Below, one piece after another: positions 13,971 through 28,663 of a DNA stretch of 64,000 nucleotides (position 1 is the stretch's first letter; each line of letters starts with the position of its first letter). Source of the DNA: Octopus vulgaris (lineage: Eukaryota); the NCBI GenBank assembly GCA_951406725.2, contig OX597822.1:30256001-30320000 (forward strand). Direction: 5' to 3'. The notes beneath the pieces are model-generated. The model was not told the origin of the DNA. It worked only from the letters and a program-made list of their open reading frames with translations, and ran no database searches. The translations under genes and the position numbers were made by a program.

Positions 13971-14060
13971 ATATGAGATGGAGTGTTCATGAGATGGAGT
14001 GATCCTTCATCAGCTCCATCAGAACTGACCCGGGGCTAAACAACAGCAAAAACAACAATG

Positions 14061-14131
<71 letters not shown>

Positions 14132-14382
14132 AAGGACAACATTTTAATTAACTAGATTTCAGCCCAGATCAGATCTCCGCTTGTTAATATGCATATCATT
14201 TTCTCTAACTTTCTTGTGTTAACTCAGAGTTAATGAGTGCGTGTGGTGGTGTGGGTGGGAGTGTACTCTTTATGTACTAACTGGAAATAGTGAGTACATA
14301 TTGGCTAAATCTGCATCAAATTCTATCCTACCAATCCGATTCACAAACAAAGGCAGGATAAAAAAACTTATGTAAAATACAA

Positions 14383-14460
14383 AACTGTCCGACGAACGGG
14401 AACGTGAGACTCTGAGCAACAGCTTTTGTGATATTTCTGCTGTTTTTGAATAAAGTATAA
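14383..14460 (+). mobile_element. Degenerate copy of hammerhead-bearing repeat family H2
   Basis: aactgtccgacgaacgggaacgtgagactctgagcaacagc: homologous to 28662-28704 but with GAAA>GAGA and GUA>GCA. Confidence 0.7.
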
Positions 14461-14856
14461 CACATATATATAAATATGTGTGTGTATACATACATATACA
14501 CACACATACACACACACACAAATATATATATATAGTGCGTGCGTGTATAAATGTATGTCGGTGCAAATATGTTACATGTAAGTATGGGTTTGTACAAATG
14601 TAGCCTGCAGGGTGATGACGAAGCTAAATGGAATCTACCTATGAATCTATCAACCTACTTACCTCTCTCTCTCTTTCTCTCTGTGTCTTGCACTCTTTCG
14701 ATATATGTACGTATATACATACATACATACATACATACATACAAACATACATACATACAAACATAAATACATACATACATACATACAAACATACATACAT
14801 ACAAACATAAATACATACATACATACATACATACATACAAACATACATATATATAT

Positions 14857-14889
<33 letters not shown>

Positions 14890-15920
14890 TATACATACAT
14901 ATGTACACACACACATTCGTATTCATACACCTACATACATCCATACATATATGCGTGTTTATACATGTATATATTATGTGTTTGTGAACTGAAGCAGACA
15001 GTAATCAGACATCAGTCGACGACTATATGTGTAAATGTATATATCATATATACAATTACAGAAAGGTGTGTATAATGCATGTATATATGTAAGAAAATGT
15101 GGGTGGCTGTTTGCAGAACTTAGGTGACTTTGCTGTCTGGAATTTCGGTGATTTGACTTAGGTGCTTATTTCTAAAGGAATGTCTTTAGGTCAGTGGGTC
15201 GAATGCTATGTATGTATGTATGTATGTATGTATGTATGTATGTATGTATGTATGTATGTATGTATGTATGTATGTATGTTTACATATCTAGACATATCTA
15301 TTTATATATATGTTTGCGTATGTATGTATATGCATGTACTTGTACGCATATGTATACACACGGGTATATATACATGTACGTATATATGTTTACCTGGGGT
15401 TCACTTTTATTTTAACTCAGTAATAAACTGAAGCTGACAATTCGTATACCTCTAAGGACATTTTATCAATTTTTTAATTTGAAATTTCTAAATAGATCTT
15501 TCAAGAAGCTATAACAGATATTTTTTTCTTAGTCAAATAAAAGTATGTCACGATCACAATTGTTTTGTCGGTATGAATGACAAAAATGAAGTGTGATACC
15601 TTAAAATTTGGTTATGGAGACAAATTTGCAGATACACCTTATTTAAAGATAAAATATTATCCTCTGCTGCGCTTGCGCATATATGCATATTTCATCATCG
15701 ATTAATTTCATCTAAGTGCTGGTTGATCTTTTTAAATATCTCAAGAATTCGTAGAGCCGGTTCTTAACTTTCGATTCAACAGTGAATAGACGATTGAATA
15801 TTGTTGTGCTGGATACGACAGGCATCGCACACAGATCCCTTTTCAAACCATTGCTCTCTCTCCTAGTGCTAATTCTCTGCCCATTAAGATGAGTCTACGA
15901 GATAGCTTTTACAAGAACTT

Positions 15921-16307
15921 TCTCTTTTACTCTTTTACTTGTTTCAGTCACTTTGACTGTGGTCATGCTGGAGCACCGCCTTTAGTCGAGCAAATCGACC
16001 CCAGGACTTATTCTTTGTAAGCCTAGTGCTTATTCTATCGGTCTCTTTTGCCGAACCGCTAAGTTACGGGGATGTAAACACACCAGCACGGGGGACAAAC
16101 ACAGACACATAAACATATACATGCACATACATATATACATACATATATAAGACGGGCTTCTTTCAGTTTCTTTCTACCAAATCCACTCACAAAGTTTTAG
16201 TCAGCCCGAGGCTATAGTAGAAGACACTCGCCCAAGGTGCCACGCAGTGGGACTGAATCCAGAACAATTTGGTTCATACGCAAGCTACTTACCACACAGC
16301 TACTCCT
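15921..16307 (-). mobile_element. SINE family B (CORE-like central domain)
   Basis: Contains caccttgggcgagtgtctt (CORE-like), an internal microsatellite and the tail gactgaaacaagtaaaagagtaaaag. Other copies at ~10598-10750, 22627-22920, 27160-27290, 42142-42447, 45383-45790, 51050-51180 and 56860-57340. Confidence 0.85.
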
Positions 16308-17100
16308 AATCTGCAAGAAATAAAAATGTAATCGCATCCAATCGTTTGAATAATGTATCATAATGTATCCCAGTTTGAATAATAACTGAAAAGATTGAAT
16401 AATGTATCCCAGATTATATTATGACTGAGAATAAGATGGGATGGTTATGACTAGATTATTTTTGATGATAGAGCTGCTCAATCAAATCCGAGTAAGACCA
16501 ACAGTAACAACAACGGTACTTGCAATGAAGTATTAAGCATCATGTTTTGATACCCAACTAAATACTTGAAAACAAGATGTCAAGATGAAACAGGAATTAG
16601 TAGTTCTATACATTATGCACACAGTAATCATTGCTCAGGTTTATGCTTAAAGATATTCCGTCACTGACCATCTTATGGAAAAAAAAAATCCTAACACAAA
16701 ATATCTAAGACTGCATCACCCAGTGAGTTAGTCTTTCCATAAAATCGTGATCTGAGGGAGATTTAGTTACTATTTCTAGCAAGATCGAGCGACCGCATAA
16801 GATACACTGTAGGGAGTGAAATCGAAATGTATGATGTCAAATTCTTCATTTGTCTTCCATAGCTGGGCGTTAGTTATATATACACAATAAAATAACTGCA
16901 ATCATATATTTAGTGTGGGGGAATGCCTAATTAAAACGCCCCTTATTCTAAGGGACTAATTAAAGGTGAAGGCGTGTAATCAGGGGCACTAATTCCCTGC
17001 ATTATCATAGGGCTGGCACTATATTTAAGAACAATGACTTTGCGAAGTCTGAAAATAGTGTTGATACACACGCACACTTGTACACACACACATACACACA

Positions 17101-17188
<88 letters not shown>

Positions 17189-17226
17189 ACATATACACAC
17201 ACAAACGCTCACATACACAGATATAT

Positions 17227-17290
<64 letters not shown>

Positions 17291-17385
17291 GTACATGTGT
17301 ATACATATACATATGTACGTGTATATATATATGTATGTATGTACGTATGTATGTATGTATGTATGCATGTATGTATGTATGTATG

Positions 17386-17416
<31 letters not shown>

Positions 17417-17432
17417 GTAAATGCATAAGTAT

Positions 17433-17478
<46 letters not shown>

Positions 17479-17640
17479 CACACACACACATATACATATA
17501 TACACAAATGTGGGTTTGCCTCAGTGTACCTGTGTATATGTGTACCGCCGTGCATCTGTGTGTGTGTGTGTGTGTGTGATCGTGCGTGTTCTACAGAAAT
17601 ACGCCCATACATGCTGTCATTTATAAACCAATTAATTTAT

Positions 17641-17680
<40 letters not shown>

Positions 17681-18873
17681 TTATATATTTTTTTCTTTGA
17701 GTACGGAGTGGGCGAAATGTGTGTTAATTACAGACCTTTGAAATGTCTATGCTGAAGAAACGATGACGGTTTTAGCACGTAGAACTTAGTATTATTAGTA
17801 AGGAATAAAGAGAGGCGGGTTGTTCTTGTTGAAATAATCCAATAAGAAGAATAATGGCTAAAAACAGTAAAATAGTCTGTATTTAAGCGTTAAGTGAGTG
17901 GAACGAGGTATGAGAGTGATTTCAAGAAGAAAAAATTACAAACCTTACTCGTGGTAAAAATATAAATATAAATATAAATGCGGCGATTTGGCAGAGTCAT
18001 TAGCGCAAGAGATAGAATGCTTCGCAGCATTTGTTTTGTTACTGTGAGTTCAAACCTCACCGAGGTCAATGGTAGCTTACTTTGTCTCTCTTCTGTTCGG
18101 GATTGATCTAAAATGGCAACGATTCTGAGCAGTGGGCAAGTGTAACTCTAAGTATGTCTGACTCGATTTCCTGCAATACTGAACAGGCTGTTGGCGTCCT
18201 GAGTTCAAATATCGCCATAGCCTTCTTGTGGGGTAGACCTACTTCGTTGTTCAACTTAATATAACCTCCTGACACCTTGGGTACATTTAATCGCAAGCAC
18301 TTTCGCCAAATCTCCGTTATGAAGATAATTTCTTCCCTCATCCCAGCCGTTTCAAAGACCATGTAGAGGGTTATGAGCTCTAGTTTCTATCCTAACTAAA
18401 AAATAAAAAATAAATATTAAATAATTGGCAGAAATATTCAATGTTTCAGTTACATACCTTCTATTTACTTTCTCCTCTTCTTTCAATATCATGGTGCATA
18501 ATGGATACTTGATGAAGAGAATCGTTAGAATGTCAAATGTGGTGAACAGAAGGCGCCCCTATGTACATAGGTTATTTAAATTTCAACCACGGAAGAAAAC
18601 GTATGTGTCATCCATTTCCTGATTTCAAAAATGGATTCACATTATAAGTAGAATCGATCAGTTCATTTTATCTTCGTTTTTCTACTTTTTTTTGCAAATG
18701 AAGGCATAGATTGATTGCTTAAACCTCATTAGAGCATAAACTAACTAACTAACTATACATACCTACATACATACATACATACATACATACATAGACAGAC
18801 AGACAGATAGATAGGTAGATAGATAGATTGATTGATTGATAGATTGGTAGACAGATAGATAGATAGATTAAAT

Positions 18874-18910
<37 letters not shown>

Positions 18911-19485
18911 ATAGATAAAGAGAGAGACAGAGAGTGAGAGGGAGAGAAATAAATAAAGAAAGAAAACGAGAGAGAAAAATCGACTCGTGTACAGGATTGA
19001 TACTCTATTTACCCACTCCTAAAATAAAAGGCAATAAGTGACTCCGACGATACTTGAACTCAGAACGTAGAGAAGCACAACGATTACCACAAGGCAACCT
19101 ATCCGACTCTCGAACGAATCTGCCACTTCATGTTACACCAAGATGAATTATTCTGTGATGTATCGACTGTCCAATGTGTTATGTACTTTCTTAATACCTT
19201 CTTTATTAATAAATTACTTAATTAAACACTACAGATCAGCCGAGTCAACCAAAGCAATTAAAAGCTACCAATAGGTTTCTGATTCTTGTTTGAAACTATT
19301 CGATGGTTTATAGTCGCTAAGGGTCTTAAAAACGTGTAATATAAATTAATGGCCTTATATGAAACTAGCCATGCATCGTTCCTCCTTTGAAAAGTATATA
19401 AAGTTTAAGGTCTGGTGAAAAGCAAGCAATATTGTGTCGCATAAAGATTTTAAAGTACCATTAATGAGAATAGGCGTGTGTGTGT

Positions 19486-19580
<95 letters not shown>

Positions 19581-20006
19581 CAAAAAAGCAGACGAACAAA
19601 CAAAAGCTTTTCAAAAGCGCCTCCTCCAATTACAAATGAATAAGTAAAAATAAGTGATTTAATCAGACATGTCAAAACAAACTGATGGAATCTGTGAATG
19701 ATAAAATATATCAAGACTTGTTTAGCAAGATTCCATATGCATGCATACATATATAGACATACACACCTATGCATACAAACATACATGCATACATACATAC
19801 ATATATACATATATACATACGCACGTACATACATACGTACATACATACGTACATATATACATACGCACGAAATTAAGAACTACGTACATACCTACCTACA
19901 TACTTTTTCAAGTTATCTCGACAGATTTTCTATAGGAAAAAGAACAGCTCCGAAATACTGCGTCGTTAACAGCAATTAATATACATACATACGTACATTC
20001 ATACAC

Positions 20007-20103
<97 letters not shown>

Positions 20104-20193
20104 GTATATATATACATCTATACATATATATCTATGTGCATATGTTAGTTTGTTTTGCAAGATTTTTGATGTGAAATCGTGTGTTGAAACAGA

Positions 20194-20509
20194 TATTGTT
20201 GTATTTAGGAATGGTCATTTTGCCAGTTTAGCCAATAAAAACACACGCACTATATATTTAGTGTTACTTTGCTTCTGCGTTATTTATGTTTTACATTAAT
20301 CTGAATCTTACTTCGGCCAGAAATAAGAAATAAGAAAGCAAAGGACCACTGATGAGGTCACAGGAGTGTGACGAAAGAACTCTGACCGAAATAGGATTAA
20401 GATTAATATAAAAAAATAAATAAGGCTGAAGCAAAGTAACACCAAATATATAGCGCGTGTGTTTTTATTGGCTAAACTGGCAAAATGACCATTATTAAAT
20501 ACAACAATA
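20194..20509. mobile_element. Palindromic element (~128 bp arms) with a hammerhead motif in its loop (family H3)
   Basis: Arms 20194-20321 and 20381-20509 are reverse complements (ggtcattttgccagtttagccaataaaaacacacgc / gcgtgtgtttttattggctaaactggcaaaatgacc). Confidence 0.85.
20346..20387 (+). ncRNA. Minimal type-I hammerhead ribozyme motif
   Basis: cca-CTGATGA-g-[gtcaca GGAG tgtgac]-GAAA-gaac-TC-tg; perfect 6 bp stem II; predicted CUC cleavage after 20382. Confidence 0.65.
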
Positions 20510-20546
20510 CAACAATATGTATATAAAAAAAAGAGAAAAAGAGAAA

Positions 20547-20595
<49 letters not shown>

Positions 20596-20601
20596 GTTAT
20601 T

Positions 20602-20645
<44 letters not shown>

Positions 20646-20715
20646 ACAACGCATCCGTTTATATATATAAATGTTGTACCACTCATCCGTTTATATATGT
20701 GTGTATGTATATGAT

Positions 20716-21025
20716 GGCGTGTGGCTTAGTGGTTAGCGTATTCGGATCACGATCCTAAGTTCAGTTCCCGGCGATTCTTCGTGTCCTTGAGCAAGACACT
20801 TTATTTTACGTTGCTCCAGTATACTCAGCTGGCAAAACGTGTAGCACCTGTAATTCAAAAGACTATCCTTATCACCTTGTATCTCATGCTGAATACTCGT
20901 GATAACTACATTAAGGGTATACATGTCTGTGGAGTGCTCAGCCGCTTGCGTGGTAATTTCAGGAGCAGGCTGTTCCGTTGGTCGGATCAATTTGAATCCA
21001 CGTCGTCGTAACCGACAGAGTGCCG
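20716..21025 (+). mobile_element. SINE family C (head C2, tail t2)
   Basis: ggcgtgtggcttagtggttag ... gtgtccttgagcaagacac ... cgtcgtcgtaaccgacagagtg; similar copy at 30776-31082. Confidence 0.8.
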
Positions 21026-21040
21026 ATAATAATAATATTG

Positions 21041-21104
<64 letters not shown>

Positions 21105-21130
21105 TAATAATAATAATAATAATAATAATA

Positions 21131-21285
21131 AACTTGCTAATAGATTTTGAAGAAATGTGGCATCTCAAGGCGACTACAGTACCAGTGATTGTAAGATCTC
21201 TAGGAATGATAAAAAAAAAGGTACTGAAACCTATTTGAAAATGATACTAGGCTTACCATCCCTACAGGAAGTGCAAAAAAGATCG
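21131..21285 (+). pseudogene. R4/Dong-like RLE retrotransposon C-terminal fragment abutting (AAT)n
   Basis: [29 protein letters not shown], then a frameshift, then [20 protein letters not shown]; begins immediately after ~100 bp of (AAT)n. Confidence 0.7.
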
Positions 21286-21393
21286 AAGGAGAGAGACCGA
21301 GAGTGGGAGACTGGAGACCCGCTATTAGGAGAAACTCGAGTAAATTGTCTTTTTGATGTAGGTTTGTAGAAGATAGTGATTGTACTACACGCG

Positions 21394-21427
<34 letters not shown>

Positions 21428-21450
21428 TTTATATATATACATACATATAC

Positions 21451-21483
<33 letters not shown>

Positions 21484-21790
21484 TGCATGCATGCATGCAT
21501 GTATGTGTGTATGTATGTATGTATGTATGTATGTATGCATGTATGCATGTATGTATGTATGTATGTATGTATGTATGTATGTATGTATGTATGTATGTAT
21601 GTATGTATGTGTAGACATCTGTGATTGATACTATTTCCAGGTATCAAAGAATAGATTCCATCTGGTGAACAGAAAGATGAAACAAAAAAAAAAGAAAAAC
21701 GCTAGAACGCTATAAAATAGGAAAATCGTCCACTGGATTTAGTCCATGCTTTAAGTTTGTATCGAATTTACACGATAATTCATATTCACT

Positions 21791-22078
21791 GTCTTTTACT
21801 TAGTTCTTGGCATCTAAATGGACTAATGAATTAATATTAATTACAAATTCAACATAGGATTTAAAAGGGTCTGTATAGGTTTAATTATATTTATATACAA
21901 GTCATGTTTTTGCTTCTTGTGCGATTATTGGTTTTAAAATTGTTTTTATACAGGACCATTCTATATTCAGAATATAAATATGATTAAACCCAAATTGACT
22001 CTTTCAAATCCTATGTTAAATTTATATTGGATATTAATTCAGTAGTCCATTTTAAATGCCAAAAACTAAGTAGACGAC
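21791..22078. mobile_element. Foldback/MITE-like palindrome, ~105 bp arms
   Basis: tacttagttcttggcatctaaatggacta...aacataggattt pairs with aaatcctatgtt...tagtccattttaaatgccaaaaactaagta. Confidence 0.75.
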
Positions 22079-22492
22079 AACGGCTACAAACTAACAAACA
22101 AATGAGTATAAAGATTTCACACACACGGCATATTAGTAGAAATGTATGTCGCGAAATGATACAAGGGAGAGAAACGGTTAACATTGTGTTGCGTGCTCTG
22201 CTGTAGTTACGTCCCTTTCATTTAGTAACAGACGTGTAATTGAAAAATTAAAATGCTAAGTTTGAATTTATTTTATCCCACACGAGTCAACACTTACGGT
22301 ATATAAATTAGCAGACACAGTTTCCTGTAGCTGCTGCAGTTGTTGAATATGATATTGGCAGCTCATTTTTCTCGTATGGAGCAAATAGTCGACTCTGATG
22401 AAAATCCAAAAAGTGTCAAAAATCTCTTAAGATTTTTGATTTGGTCAACCAAAATATAGCTAATTTAGCAGTTTATATATCTACCATATATG

Positions 22493-22615
<123 letters not shown>

Positions 22616-23214
22616 CATACATATATTCTTTTACTCTTTTACTTGTTTCAGTCATTTGACTGCGGCCATGCTGGGGCACCGCCTTTAGTCGAGCAAATTG
22701 ACCCCAAGACTTATTCTTTGTAAGCCCAGTACTTATTCTATCGGTCTCTTTTGCCGAACCGCTGAGTGACGGGGACGTAAACACACCAGCATCGGTTGTC
22801 AAGCAATGCTAGGGGGACAAACACACACACACAAATACACACACATACACATATATACATATATATACATATATACGACAGGCTTCTTTCAGTTTCCGTC
22901 TACCAAATCCACGCACAAGGCATATATATATATATAATCTATATGGTAGATATAGGTTATACATATACTCGCATCTATATATACTCATACATCCCGTAGG
23001 AATAATAATAATTCGTTGCTAAGACATGACTCTATATTATATATCTGTGTGTGTATGATATATATATAAATGGTCTGTCGATTTATCTCACAGACTCTAT
23101 CGATTTTTACAAGTGACAACATTCTGTCCAATCATCTTTCAAATATATATTTGCTTATTTATCAACTAACACTCACTGCAGTATTGGAAATCATTCTATT
23201 ATTTAAAAAAAAGA

Positions 23215-24645
23215 CGGCGAGCTGGCAGAATCGTTAGCAGAAAGCTTAGCGGTATTTTGTCTGTCTTTACGTTCTGAGTTCAAATTCTGCCGAGGTCGAC
23301 TTTGGCTTTCATCTTTTCTGTGTCGATAAAGTAAGTACTAGTTGCGCACTGGGGTCGATCTAATCGACTGGTCCCCCCTCCCCAACAATTTCGACACACA
23401 CACACACATATATATATAAACCTATTACTATATAACATTATATGAGATATGGAATAAATGATATCGTCCGTTTACAGAAACAATTGTAATGTCAATTGGA
23501 CTTCTTCCTTCCTGATTTAGATCATAACTTTCATTATTCATTCTGCGGGGTTTTTTTTTTTTTAATTGGAGTTGTTTAGTACTCCCTTTAATATCAATCG
23601 AAAGCTTAGGGATGTTGTTTGATTTTGTAATACTAAACAAGCCAAAGGTAGCGAGCTGGCAGAATCGTTAGCGAGCCGGGCGAAATGCGTAGCTGCATTT
23701 CGTCTGCCGCTGCGTTCTGAGTTCAAATTCCGCCCAGGTCGACTTTGCCTTTCATCCTTTCGGGGTCGATAAATTAAGTAACAGTTACGCACTGGGGTCA
23801 ATGTAATCGACTTAATTCGTGTGCCTGTCCCCTCTGTGAGTAGTAAAGAAATAAGTATTTCGTCTGCCGTTACGTTCTGAGTTCAAATTCCGCCGAGGTC
23901 GACTTTGCTTTTCGTCTTTTCGGGGTCGATTAAATAAGTACCAGTTACGCGCAGGGATCGATCAAATCGACTGCTCCCACTCCCTAAAACTTTAAAACCT
24001 CGTGCCTAGAGTGAAAAAGAATACTATACTAGCCAAAGGCGGCGAGCTGGCAGAAACGTTAGCACGCCGGGCGAAATGCTTAGCGGCATTTCGTCTGCCG
24101 GTACGTTCTGAGTTCAAATTCCGCCGGGGTCGATTAAATAAGTACCAGTTACACACTGGATCGATATAATCGGTTTAATCCGTTTGTCTGTCCTTGTTTG
24201 TCCCCTCTGCGTGTAGCTCCTTGTGGGCAGTAAAGAAATAAGAAACGTTAGCACGTCGGGCGAACTGCCTAGTGGTATTTCGTCTGCCGTTACGTTCTGA
24301 GTTCAAATTCCGCCGAAGTCGACTTTGCCTTTCGTCCTTTCGAGGTCGATTAAATAAGTACCAGTTACGCACTGGGGTCATTGTAATCGACTTAATCCCT
24401 TTGTCAGTCCTTGTTTGTCCCCTCTCTGTTTAGCCCCTTGTGGGTAATAAAGAAATAGGTATTTCGTCTGCCGTTACGTTCCGAGTTCAAATTCCGCCGA
24501 AGTCGACTTTGCCTTTCACCCTTTCGAGGTCGATTAAATAAGTACCAGTTATGCACTGGGGTCATTGTAATCGACTTAATCCCTTTGTCTGTCCTTGTTT
24601 GTCCCCTCTCTGTGTTTAGCCCCCTGTGGGCAATGAAGACATAAA
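23215..24645 (+). mobile_element. Head-to-tail cluster of ~6 SINE A units
   Basis: Repeated tacgttctgagttcaaattccgcc units; tail-to-internal junctions at 23855, 24241 and 24459. Confidence 0.9.
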
Positions 24646-25024
24646 TAAATACTATCCTACATATACTAATAAGACGATAGCCAGGATCATCATCATCACT
24701 CTCTCTCTCTCTGTATATATATGTATGTACACACACATTCGTCATACAGCGATCAACGCACCTGTTATCAATTCATATGAACCAAACGAGTAAAACAAGA
24801 ATTACACGTTTTGTTGGTGTTTAACGTTTTGTAGAGTTATTGATAGAAGTTAAGCAATTTGCGGTTGTTACCACTTGTCACAAACGGTGAATCTTTATCC
24901 GTAAGTGTACAGTCACGCAAACAGGTAACACACAGACACACACACACACACGCAAAGAAGTAAAACACACACACTCACAAATACGCGCGCAAATATATTC
25001 ATGTGTATTCACATATATGCATGC

Positions 25025-25086
<62 letters not shown>

Positions 25087-25189
25087 GTACATATATACAC
25101 AAACAGCTATGCAATACGTGCGACAGAAACTTATGTTGCATAGGGCATACACACATACAAACATACATTAATATATTTCAACTTCTCTA

Positions 25190-25780
<591 letters not shown>

Positions 25781-26379
25781 TCCATATATGCAAGTACATG
25801 CACATACACACACACATGCACATACAGTCACGCACGCACATATATATATATATATACATACCCACACATATATAAATTTCTATATGCACATAAACATATA
25901 CATATACATATATATATATACACCTGCATATATATACATACATACATACATACATACCTATCTACCTACCAACCTAGATACATACATACATACCTACAAC
26001 TCCTAACATTCTTATTTGACATGTAAACAATAACATATAAAATAAAGCTTTTGAAACTAACAAGTGTTTATTTTTGCTCTGCGTGTATGTTAGATTAATG
26101 AAAATAACTAGAGCAAAAACAAAAAGATATATATAAATAAGCAAATACAATCTCGGCAGTGGTCCTGTGTACCTTGTCTAACCTGCGAAACTTCAAAACG
26201 TATTTTTTTTTAAATCGTAGTTCGTGTGATACTTACGCTCCCTTTAGGAAATATAGTGTAAGCCTTCTGCTCAGTGCACTGTAGTGAATTACACATTACG
26301 TCCAACAGATTAAATTTTGAGAACTGAACTGTAAGTAAAATACGTTTATAAATACCATACGTAGATACAAAACCGCATA

Positions 26380-26548
<169 letters not shown>

Positions 26549-26668
26549 GGCCTGCTCGCTTAGCCAGCGGGGTGGCGTCATTTGACGGCTAAAACAATGC
26601 GAAACGCATTGTGACCAGCGATGTGTAGCAACATCTGATAGCCTGGTCGGTCACGGTGATCACGGTGA

Positions 26669-26669
<1 letters not shown>
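26549..26669 (+). mobile_element. Short retroposon-like insert in (TA)n (family E; second copy 52137-52258 on minus strand)
   Basis: ggcctgctcgcttagccagcggggtggcgtcatttga...tggtcggtcacggtgat; both copies are flanked by (TA)n. Confidence 0.75.
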
Positions 26670-26718
<49 letters not shown>

Positions 26719-27032
26719 CACACGCATATCTTTATCTGTCTATCAATCTGTCTGTCTGTCTTTCTTTCTGTCAATCTGTATAAGCGCTTACGTATGTGTA
26801 TGGCTTTGCATCTATGGATCTATCAGGCGCACCCACATCGAGGAACATATGCACACACATAGATGCACATATGGACACACGTACATACGTACACGCAGAT
26901 ATAAATACACCACATATATTTACGCATATGCACACTCCCGTATGTATGTATGTATGTATGTATGTATGTATGTATGTATGTATGTATGTATGTATGTATG
27001 TATGTATGTATGTTTGCATCTATCTATCTATC

Positions 27033-27118
<86 letters not shown>

Positions 27119-27468
27119 GGCATATGTCATGCTTCTTTCAGATCCCCTCCCCCAAAATCCGCTCACAAAGCATTTGTCATCCCGGGGCTATAATGGAAGA
27201 CACTTGCAAAAGGTGCCCCGCAGTGAGATTGAACCGGGAACCATGTGACTGGGAAGCAAGCTTCTTACCACGCAACCACGCCTGCACCTAAACACTCACA
27301 CATGTACACACACACACACACACATTAACTTTTGCAAGGAAAATGTTGATACTCGCTTTTTCATTCCTCGTAGAAGATAAATGTTGTATATCGCAAAAAG
27401 TTTTCAATAATCCTGCAGTTTAATTTCGAATTGCCTTTATATGAAACTTGACAAAACAAACATTTACA

Positions 27469-27619
<151 letters not shown>

Positions 27620-27620
27620 A

Positions 27621-27722
<102 letters not shown>

Positions 27723-27751
27723 TTCCGTGGATTAGTAGCACATATACAAAC

Positions 27752-27805
<54 letters not shown>

Positions 27806-27806
<1 letters not shown>

Positions 27807-28020
27807 TGGAGGCGCAATGGCCCAGTGGTTAGGGCAGCGGACTCGTGACTCCTGTTGTACTTTTCCGCCCCAACTTTCTCTCACTCTTTCTCCCTGTTTC
27901 TTGAATAACGCTGCGATGGACTGGCGTCCCGTCCAGCTGTGGGGAACGCATACGCCACAGAAACCGGGAAACTGGTCCCATGAGCCTGAGTAGGCTTGAA
28001 AGGGGCGCATAAATAAATAA
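27806..28020 (+). mobile_element. Internally deleted SINE C (head C1, tail t1); related copy at 28277-28550
   Basis: gtggaggcgcaatggcccagtggttaggg ... gatggactggcgtcccgtccag ... aaggggcgcataaataaat. Confidence 0.8.
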
Positions 28021-28104
28021 AATATATTTATATATACGTACATATATATATATGTATTATATACACACACACACACACAAATATACACGATACGTAAATA
28101 TAAA

Positions 28105-28232
28105 AGAGGGTGGAAAAAGATAATACTCGAATAACGAAGGTAGAGTAATATACATTTTTTCTTTATTAAAATTGCAAAAACGTCTCAAAAATTGTTACCC
28201 AGACTTTCACATTTCCGTCTGTCGGACAGTTG
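28105..28232 (-). mobile_element. Degenerate minus-strand copy of hammerhead repeat family H2
   Basis: Reverse complement reads aactgtccgacagacggaaatgtgaaagtctgggtaacaatt...aataaag...attactctacc. Confidence 0.65.
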
Positions 28233-28614
28233 TGACCATGACTGGAATAAAATTGTGATGGTACTTGTAATATACGTGGAGGCACATGGCCTCGCAGTCG
28301 AGGGATCGCGGGTTCGAATCTCAGACCGGGCAATGTGTGTGTTTATGAGCGAAACAACTAAGCCCCACGTGTCTCCGGCAGAAGGTAATGGCGAACTTCT
28401 GCTGACACTTTCGCCACAACTTTCTCTCACTCTTTCCCCCTGCAACTTGCAGCTCACCTGCGACGGACCGGCGTCCCGTCCAGGTGAGGAACCTCTACGC
28501 CAAGGAAACAGGGAAACCGGCCCTTATGAGCCAGGCGTGGCCCGAGAAAGAACAAATCGTAATATATGATTTGGTATATATATGATTGGAAGAAGGTGAA
28601 ATAAGACGTCTTGT

Positions 28615-28661
<47 letters not shown>

Positions 28662-28663
<2 letters not shown>

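Noticed and set aside
18108-18362. 84 aa non-repetitive minus-strand ORF
   Set aside because: No recognisable motif or splice signals; the length is within chance expectation.
23647-24645. Repeat array superficially like CRISPR or tRNA clusters
   Set aside because: The units are ~200 bp SINE bodies without unique spacers. The heads have A/B boxes but no complete cloverleaf, and the context is eukaryotic.
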